This document shows positions 11,913 to 21,019 of a DNA stretch of 64,000 nucleotides, in pieces. Position 1 is the first letter of the stretch. Each line of letters opens with the position of its first letter. Source of the DNA: Planctomycetota bacterium. GTDB taxonomy: Bacteria > Planctomycetota > UBA1135 > UBA2386. The notes under the pieces were generated by a model, which did not search any database, was not told the DNA's origin, and was given only the letters and a program-made list of their open reading frames with translations. The stretch spans positions 4,384,001 through 4,448,000 of the forward strand of contig JBKAGP010000001.1 of the NCBI GenBank assembly GCA_046290465.1, in the 5' to 3' direction. The position numbers were made by a program, and so were the translations under genes.

Positions 11913-12694
11913 ACCAACTCGCCCTCGTGTCCCTGGTCAACGACGCCGAGCAGTTCGCTGCGTGCCAGGCGTCGTTGCGCGCGGTCGCGGACCCGTTCCC
12001 CGAGTGGCTGATGGTCGAGCCCAACAAGCACGGCTGGAACGCGGCGCAGGGGCTCAACCACGGCATCGAACGGCTCGACGCCGAGTGGATCGTCTGCCTG
12101 CACCAGGACGTGCTGTTTCCGGAGGGGTTCTGGCAGCAGCTGACGTCGGGTCTGGCCGCACTCGACGACGACGTCGCGCTCGCCGGCCTGGTCGGCTGCG
12201 AGAAGTCGGGCCGCTTCCGCGGCCACATCGTCGATCCCAACGGGCACTGCTCGTGGCCGTCGCTGCCGGCGAAGGTGCTGTCGCTCGACGAGGTGCTGAT
12301 CGCGGTGCGCAAGTCGTCCGGGCTGCGCTTCGATCCCGCTGTGCCGGGCTTCCACTGCTACGGCGCCGATCTCTGCTTCGAGGCCGATCGGCGCGGCCTG
12401 CGGACGTTTGCGATCGACGCCCCGCTGGTGCACCTGTCGACCGGCAAGCTGGACGAGAGCTACGAGCGCGCCTCGCAGTGGCTGATGGACAAGTGGGGTC
12501 AACGCTACGGCTACGTGCTGCCGATGCCGGCGCTGCTGCTGCGCGACGACGCGCGCGCCGGCGTGGTGCGTCGCACGATGCAGCGTTGGCGCCGCCGCGG
12601 CAGCCGGCTGTCGCGCAACACCAACGCGTGCGCTCACGTCGACTGCAAGGCGCGCGCGCTCGGCGAGACGGTCTCGGTCCAACCCAAGGCGTGA
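11909..12694 (+). CDS. GT2-like glycosyltransferase
   Basis: GLNHG, CLHQDV, GFHCYGADLC; GTGA overlap with the upstream stop. Confidence 0.75.
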   Translation: MNQLALVSLVNDAEQFAACQASLRAVADPFPEWLMVEPNKHGWNAAQGLNHGIERLDAEWIVCLHQDVLFPEGFWQQLTSGLAALDDDVALAGLVGCEKSGRFRGHIVDPNGHCSWPSLPAKVLSLDEVLIAVRKSSGLRFDPAVPGFHCYGADLCFEADRRGLRTFAIDAPLVHLSTGKLDESYERASQWLMDKWGQRYGYVLPMPALLLRDDARAGVVRRTMQRWRRRGSRLSRNTNACAHVDCKARALGETVSVQPKA

Positions 12695-12698
12695 GTCG

Positions 12699-14039
12699 AT
12701 GCGCGCGCTGATCGTCGCCTACTACTTCCCGCCCAAGGGCGGCGCCGGCACGCAGCGGTTCGCCAAGTTCTGCAAGTACCTCCCCGACCACGGCGTCGAG
12801 CCGGTGGTGCTGAGCGTGGCCGAGGCCGAGCGGAGCGAGCACGCGCCCGACGACGACCCGACGCTCGCGCATGGCGGCTGCCGGGTCGAGCGCGTCGCCG
12901 CACCGGATCGCGTGCCGTTGCGGATGCGTCTGCGCCGCAAGCTGCGCCTGCACATCGACGCCGACGAGTGGGCCCACGCGGCCTGCGAACGGGCACTCGA
13001 GCTGGCGCGGGAGCAGCGGTTCGACGTCGTCGTGACGACGCTGTCGCCGTATGCGTGCTACCGCGTCGGCGAACGTCTGCAGCGCGACCTCGGGCTGCCG
13101 TGGATCGCCGACCTGCGCGATCCGTGGGCGCTCGACGCGTGGCGCGTGTTTCCGAGCGCGGTGCACGCGCGCCACGACCTCGCACACCTGCGTCGCACGC
13201 TGCACGGCGCCGACTTCGTGATCGCCAACGTGCCCGAGGCGCGGCGCGCGTTCGTCGCGGAGGGCGCCGACGCCGGGCGCTGCGTCGTCATCCCCAACGG
13301 CTACGACGAGCAGGACTTCGCCGGCGCCGCCTCGTCGCGCACGACCAGCGAGCAGCCGCTGCGCCTGGTCCACATCGGCACGTTCCACCCGGCCGATCTG
13401 CCCGAGGGCATGACCGCCAACACGATCCGGCGGGTGCGCAACCGCCAGATCGAGCCGTTGGGGCGCACCGGCTACTACCTGCTGCACGGGATCGCGCGCT
13501 TCCGGGATCGCGTCGGCGACGAGGCTGCGCGGCGCGGTCTCGCGCTGCACCTCTACGGCCGCGCCGACGCGTCGCACCAGCGCCTCGCCGAACGGCTCGG
13601 CATCGCGCACCTGATCACCAACCACGGCTACGTGCCGCACGGAGCGTCGGTCGAGGCGCTGCTGTCCTCGGACGCGGTGTTCGTGCCGCTGCACGGTGTG
13701 CCCGCAGGCGAGCGCGCCCTGGTCGTTCCGGGCAAGCTCTACGAGGCGATCGCGAGCGAGCGAACGGTGCTGGCGGCGCTGCCCGACGGCGACGGAGCCG
13801 ATCTGGTGCGCCAGCTCGACGCCGGCCCGGTCACCTCCCCGACCGATGCGGACGGCATCGCCGAGGCGATCGCCGCGTTGGTCGACCGGCACGTTCGCGG
13901 CGAGGCCCTCCCCGGCTGCCCGCGCGACCGCTTCGCCGCGTTCCAGCGCCGCGCCCTGACCGAGCGCTTCGCAACCGTGCTCGCTGCCGCCACCGAACGG
14001 GCACCATCGCTCCAGCTCCCGGACCTCTGGCTGCCCTGA
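12699..14039 (+). CDS. GT4 (GT-B) glycosyltransferase
   Basis: AYYFPPKGGAGTQR, ADLRDPW, VIPNGYD, PGKLYE. Confidence 0.9.
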   Translation: MRALIVAYYFPPKGGAGTQRFAKFCKYLPDHGVEPVVLSVAEAERSEHAPDDDPTLAHGGCRVERVAAPDRVPLRMRLRRKLRLHIDADEWAHAACERALELAREQRFDVVVTTLSPYACYRVGERLQRDLGLPWIADLRDPWALDAWRVFPSAVHARHDLAHLRRTLHGADFVIANVPEARRAFVAEGADAGRCVVIPNGYDEQDFAGAASSRTTSEQPLRLVHIGTFHPADLPEGMTANTIRRVRNRQIEPLGRTGYYLLHGIARFRDRVGDEAARRGLALHLYGRADASHQRLAERLGIAHLITNHGYVPHGASVEALLSSDAVFVPLHGVPAGERALVVPGKLYEAIASERTVLAALPDGDGADLVRQLDAGPVTSPTDADGIAEAIAALVDRHVRGEALPGCPRDRFAAFQRRALTERFATVLAAATERAPSLQLPDLWLP

Positions 14040-14107
14040 GCCGCAGCCCCTGGTCCCAGCTTCTGTGGCCGAGCCCCTGCGGCCGAGCCCTGCGCCCGAC
14101 CGCCGCC

Positions 14108-14153
14108 GCGCCGTGAAACGGCGCAGGATGAACCCGGTTCGGTATGCGGTGTT
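14108..14153. repeat. REP-like palindrome, copy 3 (left arm truncated)
   Basis: GCGCCGTGAAACGGCGCAGGATGAACCCGGTTCGGTATGCGGTGTT; matches the loop and right arm of the 6594 copy; between convergent genes. Confidence 0.9.
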
Positions 14154-14159
14154 CGGGGG

Positions 14160-14369
14160 TCAGCGTTCGACGCGTTGGTCGGGGATGCCGTCGCCGTCGG
14201 TGTCGATCCAGGCGGTGGCCGTGGCCGCTTCCTCGGGGCGGGCGACGCGGTCGGGCAGGTCGTCGCCGTCGCTGTCGACGTAGAGCGTGACGTTCTCGGT
14301 CGGCGCCGGCTGCGGCGCGGTCGAACAGGCGGCGAGCAGCGGGAAGCAGAGCAGCAGGGTCGTTCGCAT
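14160..14369 (-). CDS. small lipoprotein with two DxDxD(G) Ca-binding-like motifs
   Basis: AGGAG upstream; MRTTLLLCFPLLAAC lipobox; DSDGDDLPD and DTDGDGIPD. Confidence 0.75.
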   Translation of the reverse strand: MRTTLLLCFPLLAACSTAPQPAPTENVTLYVDSDGDDLPDRVARPEEAATATAWIDTDGDGIPDQRVER

Positions 14370-14582
14370 GGTGGGGTGCTCCTGTGGGTTGCGGTTGAGG
14401 TGCCGATGGACCTCGGCCGGGTCGCGGTTCTTCCCGGCTAGCAGGAAAGCGCTTGACTGCAATCCCCCAGCGATCAAGATGCGAGCGCCTGTTCGGTAGG
14501 AATCCGGCTGCACCGTAATCTTGTCTCCGGAGTCCTTAGCCGGTTAGGGCGCTTCAAGCGCCTGTAATCAAGAGACTTGCCA

Positions 14583-16805
14583 ATGGCAGCCGCGAAGAAG
14601 AAGAAGACGGCGAAGCGTACTACCAAGCCCAGGGCCACCAGCTCGAGGGCGAAGGCGTCGCAGAAATCCGGAGCCCAGCTGCCGAAAAAGATCGCCCTCT
14701 CGGGCGGTGGCTACTGCCTCTACGCCCCCAGGTTTCCGCGCTTCCTCACGGAGCCCGGGTTCTGCGACGAGACCAACATCGCCAGTGAGATGGTCCCGTC
14801 GGTGTTCTTCCTGTCGTTCCTGGCGGACGGCAAGCCGTTCCAGACGACCTGCGTCGGGTTCGAGATGGAGGACGGCAAGGCGGTGCTGACGCACCAGGGC
14901 GGCCCCGGCATCAAGATCGTCGAGCGCCGCTACCTGACCGGCGACGACCGCTTCGTCTGTGATCTGGCGATCACCAACGAGGGCAAGGAGGAGGCCGAAC
15001 TGCACGTCGTCCTGTGGACCACCACGGACGTCGAGGGCGAGCCGGTCTCGCACGAGGGCGACAGCTTCCGCATCCGCCGCGCGCTGAGCACCGACGGCCG
15101 CCCGCCGGTGCCGACCGACGTGCTCTACTCGAGTCCCGACAGCAAGGGGGCACGCTGCCTGCAGGCATACTTCTGCGAGGGCGGCAGCGACCTGCCGGAC
15201 TACTGCGAGACGCCGTGGTTCGACGCGGCCGGCCTGCAGACCCCGCGCGCCAAGCGCCCGGTCGAGAAGCCGAGCCCGATCATCGCCGGCTCGCGCTGCT
15301 ACGCGGGCCTGTTCCGACCGATCACGCTGAAGGCGGGCGGCTCGGCCGAGCACCGCTTCGAGGCGAACTACGTCTTCAAGGGCAAGGGCGTCAACTTCCG
15401 CGCTCGCCGCCCCGACCCCAAGGACGAGAACGGCTACAAGCAGTTCTGGTCGCAGGTGCCGACGTTCGTCTGTGAGGACAAGGCGATGGAGCGGGTGGTC
15501 AACCACCGCTTCGAACTGCTCTACCTGCTGCGGCAGCCGCACGGCGCGGGCCTGTTCTCGTCGCCCGGCTTCTGCGAGGGCAACGGCGAGCTGCACGTTC
15601 CGTCGAGCTTCGCCGCGCCGTCGATCATGCGCGAGGCGCGCTGGCTGCAGGATCCGAGCTACGCGCGCGGCCTGCTGAAGATGTTCTTCGACAACCTGCT
15701 GCACAACGGGCAGGTGCCGGGCCGGCTCTACATGAGCGGCACCGATTCGAACGACTTCTACCACGCCGACTGGGGTGGTGGCTTCGAGGCGCTCGACGCG
15801 ATGCACAACGACAAGGCGACCAAGAAGGCCGTCTTGATGGCGATGCAGCGCTACGTGAAGTGGGTCGGCAACAACCGCGACCCCGAGGGCAGCGGCCTGA
15901 CGGACATCGTCAACCACTTCGAGGCCGGCCAGGAGTTCTCGCGCCGCTACACGGTGATCGACAACAAGGCCGACCGCGCCGAGGAGTTCACCGAGCAGTT
16001 CCGCCTCAAGGGCATCGATGCGTCGGTGTTCCGCTACCGCCTGGTCAAGTGGCTGCACGCGGTCGCCGAGGAGATCCAGGAGAAGGCCATGGCCAACCGC
16101 TTCCACGCGGAGGTCGAGGTCATCCTCGAGACCGTGCGCAAGAAGATGTGGGACGACAAGTCCGGCATGTTCATGGACCTCGACCCGAAGAGCCGCCGCA
16201 AGACCAACGTCAAGGCGGCGGTCGGCTTCTACCCGCTGGCGACGGACATCCCGAACCAGAAGCAGGTCGACGCGATGGTCGATCTGCTGTCGAGCCGCGA
16301 CGAGTTCTGGGCCAAGTACCCGGTGCCGAGCATCGCGATGAGCGATTCGACGTTCGACGGCGCCGGCCGTTGGAAGGGCACCCGCAAGGGCTCGCCGTGG
16401 AACGGTCGCACCTGGCCGGTCGTCAACTCGCACATCCTCGAAGGCCTGACCTACTGGGCCGAGCGCGGCAACAAGAAGGCGCAGCGCCTCGCCAACCAGC
16501 TGCTCGATCGCACCATCACGATGATGGGCGGCGAGCTCGAGGGTGCGGAAGAGGCGACGTCGTTCGAGCACTACCACCCCGAGTTCGGCATCGGCTCGCG
16601 CTACCGCGGCGTCGACGTCAACCTCAACGCGTTCATGCTCGACAACATCTTCCGCATCGGCTGCGGCTTCGCGATCCGCTACGGCGAGGTCCAGGACGAC
16701 CCGATCGGCGATGCGCGCGACTTCAAGCTGAAGGGCATGCCGCTCGGAAACAAGCTCTTCGACGTCGAGCGCAAGAGCGGCAAGCTGAAGGTTTCAGCGC
16801 AGTGA
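14583..16805 (+). CDS. (alpha/alpha)6 glycoside hydrolase, GH63/MGH1/trehalase-like
   Basis: EARWL, EAGQE, LKGIDAS, MWDDKSGMFMD, YPVPS, WNGRTWPVVN, FEHYHP; Lys-rich N-terminal tail. Confidence 0.75.
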   Translation: MAAAKKKKTAKRTTKPRATSSRAKASQKSGAQLPKKIALSGGGYCLYAPRFPRFLTEPGFCDETNIASEMVPSVFFLSFLADGKPFQTTCVGFEMEDGKAVLTHQGGPGIKIVERRYLTGDDRFVCDLAITNEGKEEAELHVVLWTTTDVEGEPVSHEGDSFRIRRALSTDGRPPVPTDVLYSSPDSKGARCLQAYFCEGGSDLPDYCETPWFDAAGLQTPRAKRPVEKPSPIIAGSRCYAGLFRPITLKAGGSAEHRFEANYVFKGKGVNFRARRPDPKDENGYKQFWSQVPTFVCEDKAMERVVNHRFELLYLLRQPHGAGLFSSPGFCEGNGELHVPSSFAAPSIMREARWLQDPSYARGLLKMFFDNLLHNGQVPGRLYMSGTDSNDFYHADWGGGFEALDAMHNDKATKKAVLMAMQRYVKWVGNNRDPEGSGLTDIVNHFEAGQEFSRRYTVIDNKADRAEEFTEQFRLKGIDASVFRYRLVKWLHAVAEEIQEKAMANRFHAEVEVILETVRKKMWDDKSGMFMDLDPKSRRKTNVKAAVGFYPLATDIPNQKQVDAMVDLLSSRDEFWAKYPVPSIAMSDSTFDGAGRWKGTRKGSPWNGRTWPVVNSHILEGLTYWAERGNKKAQRLANQLLDRTITMMGGELEGAEEATSFEHYHPEFGIGSRYRGVDVNLNAFMLDNIFRIGCGFAIRYGEVQDDPIGDARDFKLKGMPLGNKLFDVERKSGKLKVSAQ

Positions 16806-16950
16806 CCGCGCTGGGCGAAGCCCAGCGCGGCGGCCCGAAGCGGAGCGAAGCTGCGCGTGGCCGAGCGAGCGGGGCAAAGCCTCGCGGCAACCGCGCTGGG
16901 CGAAGCCCAGCGCGGCGGCCGAAAGCGGAGCGAAGCTCCGCGTGGCCGAG
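16806..16950. repeat. tandem duplicated hairpin cassette (85-bp period) with GC-GAA-GC loops
   Basis: CCGCGCTGGGC-GAA-GCCCAGCGCGG at 16806 and 16891; GCGGAGC-GAA-GCT(G/C)CGC at 16840 and 16925. Confidence 0.9.
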
Positions 16951-17036
16951 TTCCCGGCTCCCCGGCCCCCCTCAACCCTCGACGCCGCAACACCACCCCT
17001 CCAACCCCACCCACCCGGCCACGCTATCCTCTCCGC

Positions 17037-17966
17037 GTGACCACCATCGACGACATCCACGCCGCCGCCAACCGCATCGCCGGCCGCGTGCACCGCACCC
17101 CGGTCATGACCTCCGCGACCCTCGACGCAGAGCTCGGCGCCGAGGTCTTCGTCAAGTGCGAGAACCTGCAGAAGGTCGGCGCCTTCAAGGCGCGCGGCGC
17201 CTGCAACGCGGTGATGGCGTTGTCCGACGACGACGCCGCCCGCGGCGTCGTCACGCACAGCAGCGGCAACCACGCCGCGGCGCTGGCCTACGCGGCGCGT
17301 TCGCGCGGGATCCCGGCCTACGTCGTGATGCCGGACACCGCGCCGAGCGTCAAGGTCGACGCCGTGCGCGGCTACGGCGCCGAGCTGCGCTTCTGCAAGG
17401 CGGCCGAGCGCCAGGCGACCTGCGACGCGTGGCAGCTGGAGACCGGCGCTGCGCTGGTGCACCCGTTCGAGAATCTGCACGTCATCGCCGGCCAGGGCAC
17501 GGCCGCGCTCGAACTGCTCGAGCAGGCGCCGGATCTCGACGTCGTGATCACGCCGGTCGGCGGCGGTGGTTTGTGCGCCGGCACCGCGGTGGTCGTGCGC
17601 GCGCTGCTGCCCGGTGCGCGCATGCTCGCGGCCGAGCCGGACGCCGTCGACGACGCGGCGCGCTCGATGGCGACCGGCGTGCGGCAGCCCCGCGTCGAGA
17701 ACCCCGAGACCTGGGGCGACGGCCTGATGACGGCGCTCGGCGAACCCAACTTCGCGCTGCTGCAGGAGCACGGCGTCGAGGTCGTCACCTGCAGCGAGGA
17801 GGCGATGGTCGAGGCGGCGCGGTTCTTCCTGCAGCGCATGAAGATCGTCGTCGAGCCGAGCGGCGCGACGGTGCTCGCGTCGATCCGCAAGGTCGCCGAC
17901 GAGGTGCGCGGCAAGCGCGTCGGCATGATCGTCACCGGCGGCAACACCGACTTCGCCTGGCTGTAG
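17037..17966 (+). CDS. PLP-dependent threonine/serine dehydratase or serine racemase family
   Basis: KCENLQKVGAFKARGA, HSSGNHA, VHPF, PVGGGGL, VEPSGA, TGGN. Confidence 0.93.
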   Translation: MTTIDDIHAAANRIAGRVHRTPVMTSATLDAELGAEVFVKCENLQKVGAFKARGACNAVMALSDDDAARGVVTHSSGNHAAALAYAARSRGIPAYVVMPDTAPSVKVDAVRGYGAELRFCKAAERQATCDAWQLETGAALVHPFENLHVIAGQGTAALELLEQAPDLDVVITPVGGGGLCAGTAVVVRALLPGARMLAAEPDAVDDAARSMATGVRQPRVENPETWGDGLMTALGEPNFALLQEHGVEVVTCSEEAMVEAARFFLQRMKIVVEPSGATVLASIRKVADEVRGKRVGMIVTGGNTDFAWL

Positions 17967-17998
17967 CGAGGGCCTGCCGGCGACGAGGGCCTGCCGGC
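17967..17998. repeat. short direct repeat (15 bp x2)
   Basis: CGAGGGCCTGCCGGC at 17967 and 17984, between convergent genes. Confidence 0.7.
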
Positions 17999-18031
17999 AG
18001 CGACGGGCTGCTGTAGCCGCCGACGCGCGAG

Positions 18032-18937
18032 CTAGGACCGTTGTTCCAGAAGGTCGCGCGCGCGCTCGAGCACGCGACTGATCTGCGGGTCGTCGACGCG
18101 CTGGGCGACGGTGCACGCGACGTAGGGGATCACCAGGCCGTCGAGTTCGCCGATGCGGCGGAGCCCGTAGTGCTTGCGCAGCGTGTTGGCGAGCACGATC
18201 GGAGCGAGCAGCAGGCCGCGGTCGTCGCGCGCCAGGGTCTTGGCGAGCGCCGAGTCCTCGACCTCAGCGACGATCCGCACCCGCAGGCCGGCCGCGCGGC
18301 AGTAGCCCTCGAACTCGCGTCGCAACAGGTTGTCCTCGACCGGTAGCACGAACGGCGCGCCGTCCAGCGAGCCCGGGAATCGGCGGCGGGTCCGTGCGTC
18401 GATCGGACCGGCGCCGAAGACGCCGATGCGCGCCGCGCCCAGCTCGTGCTGGAACACCTTGAGGCGGGTGATCGCCGGCGGCGGTTCGTCGAGCAGCACG
18501 AGGTCGAAGGCGTGCAGCGCGAGGTCGGCCAGCAGCCGTTCGGCAGGGCCTTCGTGCACGGTCGCGCGCACGCCGGCGCTCGACTGGAACAACGGCTCGA
18601 GCAGGCGAGCCGCGAGTTCCTTGGGGACCGAGTCGGCGACGCCGATGCGCACGCGCGCCGCGCCGCTGCCGGTCCTCGAGCGCACCGCGTCGACCAGTTC
18701 GCTGCCGAGCGAGAAGATCCGGTCGGCGTAGTCGCGGACCACTGCGCCGGCGTCGGTCAGCGCCAGGCCCCGGCCCTGCTTGACGAGCAGCTTGGTGCCG
18801 AGGTGCTCCTCGAGCTTCTGCAGCTGCACGCTGATCGTCGGCGGGCTGGTGTGGAGCAGGCGGCTGGCCCGGGCGATGCTCCCCTCGCGCGCGACGGCGT
18901 GGAAGTAGCGGAGGTGGTGGTAGTTCAGCCAGTCCAT
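18032..18937 (-). CDS. LysR family regulator, NhaR-like
   Basis: LNYHHLRYF N-terminus, PTISVQL HTH, GVADSVPK, EVEDSALAK. Confidence 0.92.
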   Translation of the reverse strand: MDWLNYHHLRYFHAVAREGSIARASRLLHTSPPTISVQLQKLEEHLGTKLLVKQGRGLALTDAGAVVRDYADRIFSLGSELVDAVRSRTGSGAARVRIGVADSVPKELAARLLEPLFQSSAGVRATVHEGPAERLLADLALHAFDLVLLDEPPPAITRLKVFQHELGAARIGVFGAGPIDARTRRRFPGSLDGAPFVLPVEDNLLRREFEGYCRAAGLRVRIVAEVEDSALAKTLARDDRGLLLAPIVLANTLRKHYGLRRIGELDGLVIPYVACTVAQRVDDPQISRVLERARDLLEQRS

Positions 18938-18942
18938 AATCG

Positions 18943-18957
18943 TTAGGTAGAACCTAA
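18943..18957. promoter_or_regulatory. LysR-type T-N11-A dyad box
   Basis: TTAGGT-AGA-ACCTAA perfect dyad in the AT-rich gap between the LysR gene and its divergent neighbour. Confidence 0.7.
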
Positions 18958-19014
18958 TCGTCAGGTCGGAAAGAGTTCATGGAGATCATGGCAGCGAGGA
19001 GCGATAGGGCGGCC

Positions 19015-19374
19015 ATGACGAGTTCCCCGGTGATCGATCGTGCGGCTCCGAAGCCGCTGACCATCCGTGTCCAGTTCTTCGGGCGGGTCCGCAGCGCCGC
19101 CATCACGCGCCACGCTGCCGCCCGGTTCGAGCGCGCGCTCGACCGCTTCCGCAGCCAGGTCGCCTCCCTGCTGGTGCGGGTGCGCGACATCAACGGTTCG
19201 CGCGGCGGCGTCGATCAGCAGTGCTCGCTGGAGCTGCAGCTGGTGGACGGCCAGCGCATGCACTTCGACGCGCTCGACGAGCGCCCGGAGCCGGCGATCA
19301 ACCGCCTGGCGCGGCGGGCGCGCAGCCTGCTGTCCCGCAGGGACCGGTCCAAACGGCACCGTCGCCGTCGCTGA
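19015..19374 (+). CDS. HPF/RaiA-like protein
   Basis: ALDRF...VRVRDINGSRGGVDQQC, typical of HPF-like genes divergent from NhaR-like regulators; start could be 18979. Confidence 0.7.
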   Translation: MTSSPVIDRAAPKPLTIRVQFFGRVRSAAITRHAAARFERALDRFRSQVASLLVRVRDINGSRGGVDQQCSLELQLVDGQRMHFDALDERPEPAINRLARRARSLLSRRDRSKRHRRRR

Positions 19375-19424
19375 GCGCCGGCGCCCGAACCCTCATTCCT
19401 CATCATCGAATCAGGAGAGCAGAG

Positions 19425-20330
19425 ATGAACACCATGGCCATCGGCATCTTGTCGGCCCTGTTCGCGGGGCCGGCTTCGTTCGAACCGGAACGCGCGGACG
19501 CGGCGCCGCAGGATCTTGCCGCCGTCGCTTCGCGAGCGGATCGCGTGCCCGCCGCCGAGCACCTGCAGCGTGCTCGCGAAGCGGCCGAAGTCGGCGAGGT
19601 CGACGCCGCGTTGCAGCACGTGCGGCAGGGATTGCGCAGCGCGGGCGACGATCGCCGCGCGACCTACGACCGGGCGCGGCTCGAGGCCTGGGCGATCGAC
19701 TGGCGCGAGCGCGTCGTGATGGGCAGCCTCGAGCGCGGCGAACTCGAGGCCGCGCGACGCGACATGTTGCGCCTCAGTGAGCCGCTGACGAGTGATCTGG
19801 CCCGGAGCCGGCTCGATGGCCTGAGGCAGCGCGTGGCCGACGCGGAGCGCCGCAGCGCGCAGCGCGGGGACCGTTCGGCCGAGGCGCGCATCGCCCGCCG
19901 ACTGGCCGCCTCGGAGCGGGCGTTGGTCTCTGCCGAGAAGGAGCTGAACCGGGCGCGGGCTGCTGGTGCCCAGACGGTTCGCGCCGCGCGACGCGCCGAG
20001 GCCGCGCTTCGTCGCTACCGCGGGGTCGAGGACGACGTGGACCGGTGGTTGCGGGATTCGCGCTTCGGCCAACGGGATCGGCAGCGCCTGATGGCGGTCC
20101 GGATCCGCGCCGGTTCGGGTGCCGTCGACGCGATGCTCGCGATCGCCAACGCCCGGACCACGCAAGGGGACTTCCGCGAGGCGCTCGAGTGGGTCGAGCG
20201 GGTGGCCCTGCGCGCGCCGCGCAACGCCGAGGCGAAGGAGCTGCGTCGCACGATCCAGCTGGCCAGCGCTGCATCGGGCGGCTGGATCGGGTGGGGGCCG
20301 GCTGGCCGCTTCGTCGGGCCGCTGCGCTAG
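19425..20330 (+). CDS. hypothetical helical / TPR-like exported protein
   Basis: AGGAG RBS, hydrophobic N-terminus, coiled-coil segments, TPR-like GDFREALEWVERVALRAPRNAEA. Confidence 0.6.
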   Translation: MNTMAIGILSALFAGPASFEPERADAAPQDLAAVASRADRVPAAEHLQRAREAAEVGEVDAALQHVRQGLRSAGDDRRATYDRARLEAWAIDWRERVVMGSLERGELEAARRDMLRLSEPLTSDLARSRLDGLRQRVADAERRSAQRGDRSAEARIARRLAASERALVSAEKELNRARAAGAQTVRAARRAEAALRRYRGVEDDVDRWLRDSRFGQRDRQRLMAVRIRAGSGAVDAMLAIANARTTQGDFREALEWVERVALRAPRNAEAKELRRTIQLASAASGGWIGWGPAGRFVGPLR

Positions 20331-20534
20331 GAGCGCGTCCACTACATGGACGCACACCACTAGGGCGCGCGGTCTTGCCGGGCTGCGGCCCGGCCTGTGC
20401 TCGCCGCCTTTCGGCCTGGCTGGCCCGCCTGTCGGCGCGGGCCGGGGCCGTGCTGGCCCCGCTTGGTGGGGACGCGGTCTCGGCGGCCCATCTGTGGAAG
20501 GTGCAGCCGCCTTCGCGGTGGCGGCGGCCTGAGC

Positions 20535-20666
20535 GATCAAATGTGATCGAATAGACCGTTCGAAGCGGCGCCAGCGATCGTATTCGATAGCTCCTTGGCA
20601 CGCCTGGAAGTGATCAAAAACGATCGGAATATGGTCGATGACGGCCAGGATCCATCATAATTGATC
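20535..20666. promoter_or_regulatory. array of four palindromic operators, consensus GATCR-N4-YGATC
   Basis: GATCA-AATG-TGATC (20535), GATCG-TATT-CGATA (20576), GATCA-AAAA-CGATC (20612), CATCA-TAAT-TGATC (20653, overlapping a CATAAT -10). Confidence 0.7.
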
Positions 20667-20668
20667 AC

Positions 20669-21019
20669 ATGAAGATCGAAGCGCTCACTCCGAACGCGGC
20701 GGTGCTCGAGGAGCTCGGGCGGCGGCTGCAGCTCGTGCGCAAGCAGCAGGGGCTGACCCAGGACGAGCTCGCCACCCAGGCCGGGCTCGGCGTCGCGACG
20801 CTGCGTCGCATCGAGGACGGCAGCGACGGCCGACTGGGTTCGTGGGTGCGGCTGCTGCGCGCGCTCGGCATGAGCGCGGCGATCGACGCGCTGCTGCCCG
20901 AGACGTTCCGTTCGCCGATGCGCGAGGCGCGCGAACGGTCCGGCCGCCGCCGCGGCCCCAAGGGTGACGGCGGTCCCGAGGGCGACGGCGGCTTCGTCTG
21001 GGGGGACGGCAAGCGATGA
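20669..21019 (+). CDS. XRE/HTH antitoxin (HipB-like)
   Basis: RKQQGLTQDELATQAGLGVATLRRIEDG; ATGA overlap with the HipA-family gene. Confidence 0.88.
   Translation: MKIEALTPNAAVLEELGRRLQLVRKQQGLTQDELATQAGLGVATLRRIEDGSDGRLGSWVRLLRALGMSAAIDALLPETFRSPMREARERSGRRRGPKGDGGPEGDGGFVWGDGKR

Noticed and set aside
4303..16950. Palindromic repeats as a CRISPR array
   Set aside because: Copies are kilobases apart or number only two, there are no regular unique spacers, and there are no cas genes.
20596..20612. TTGGCAC as a sigma-54 -24 element
   Set aside because: No TTGC -12 element at the required spacing.
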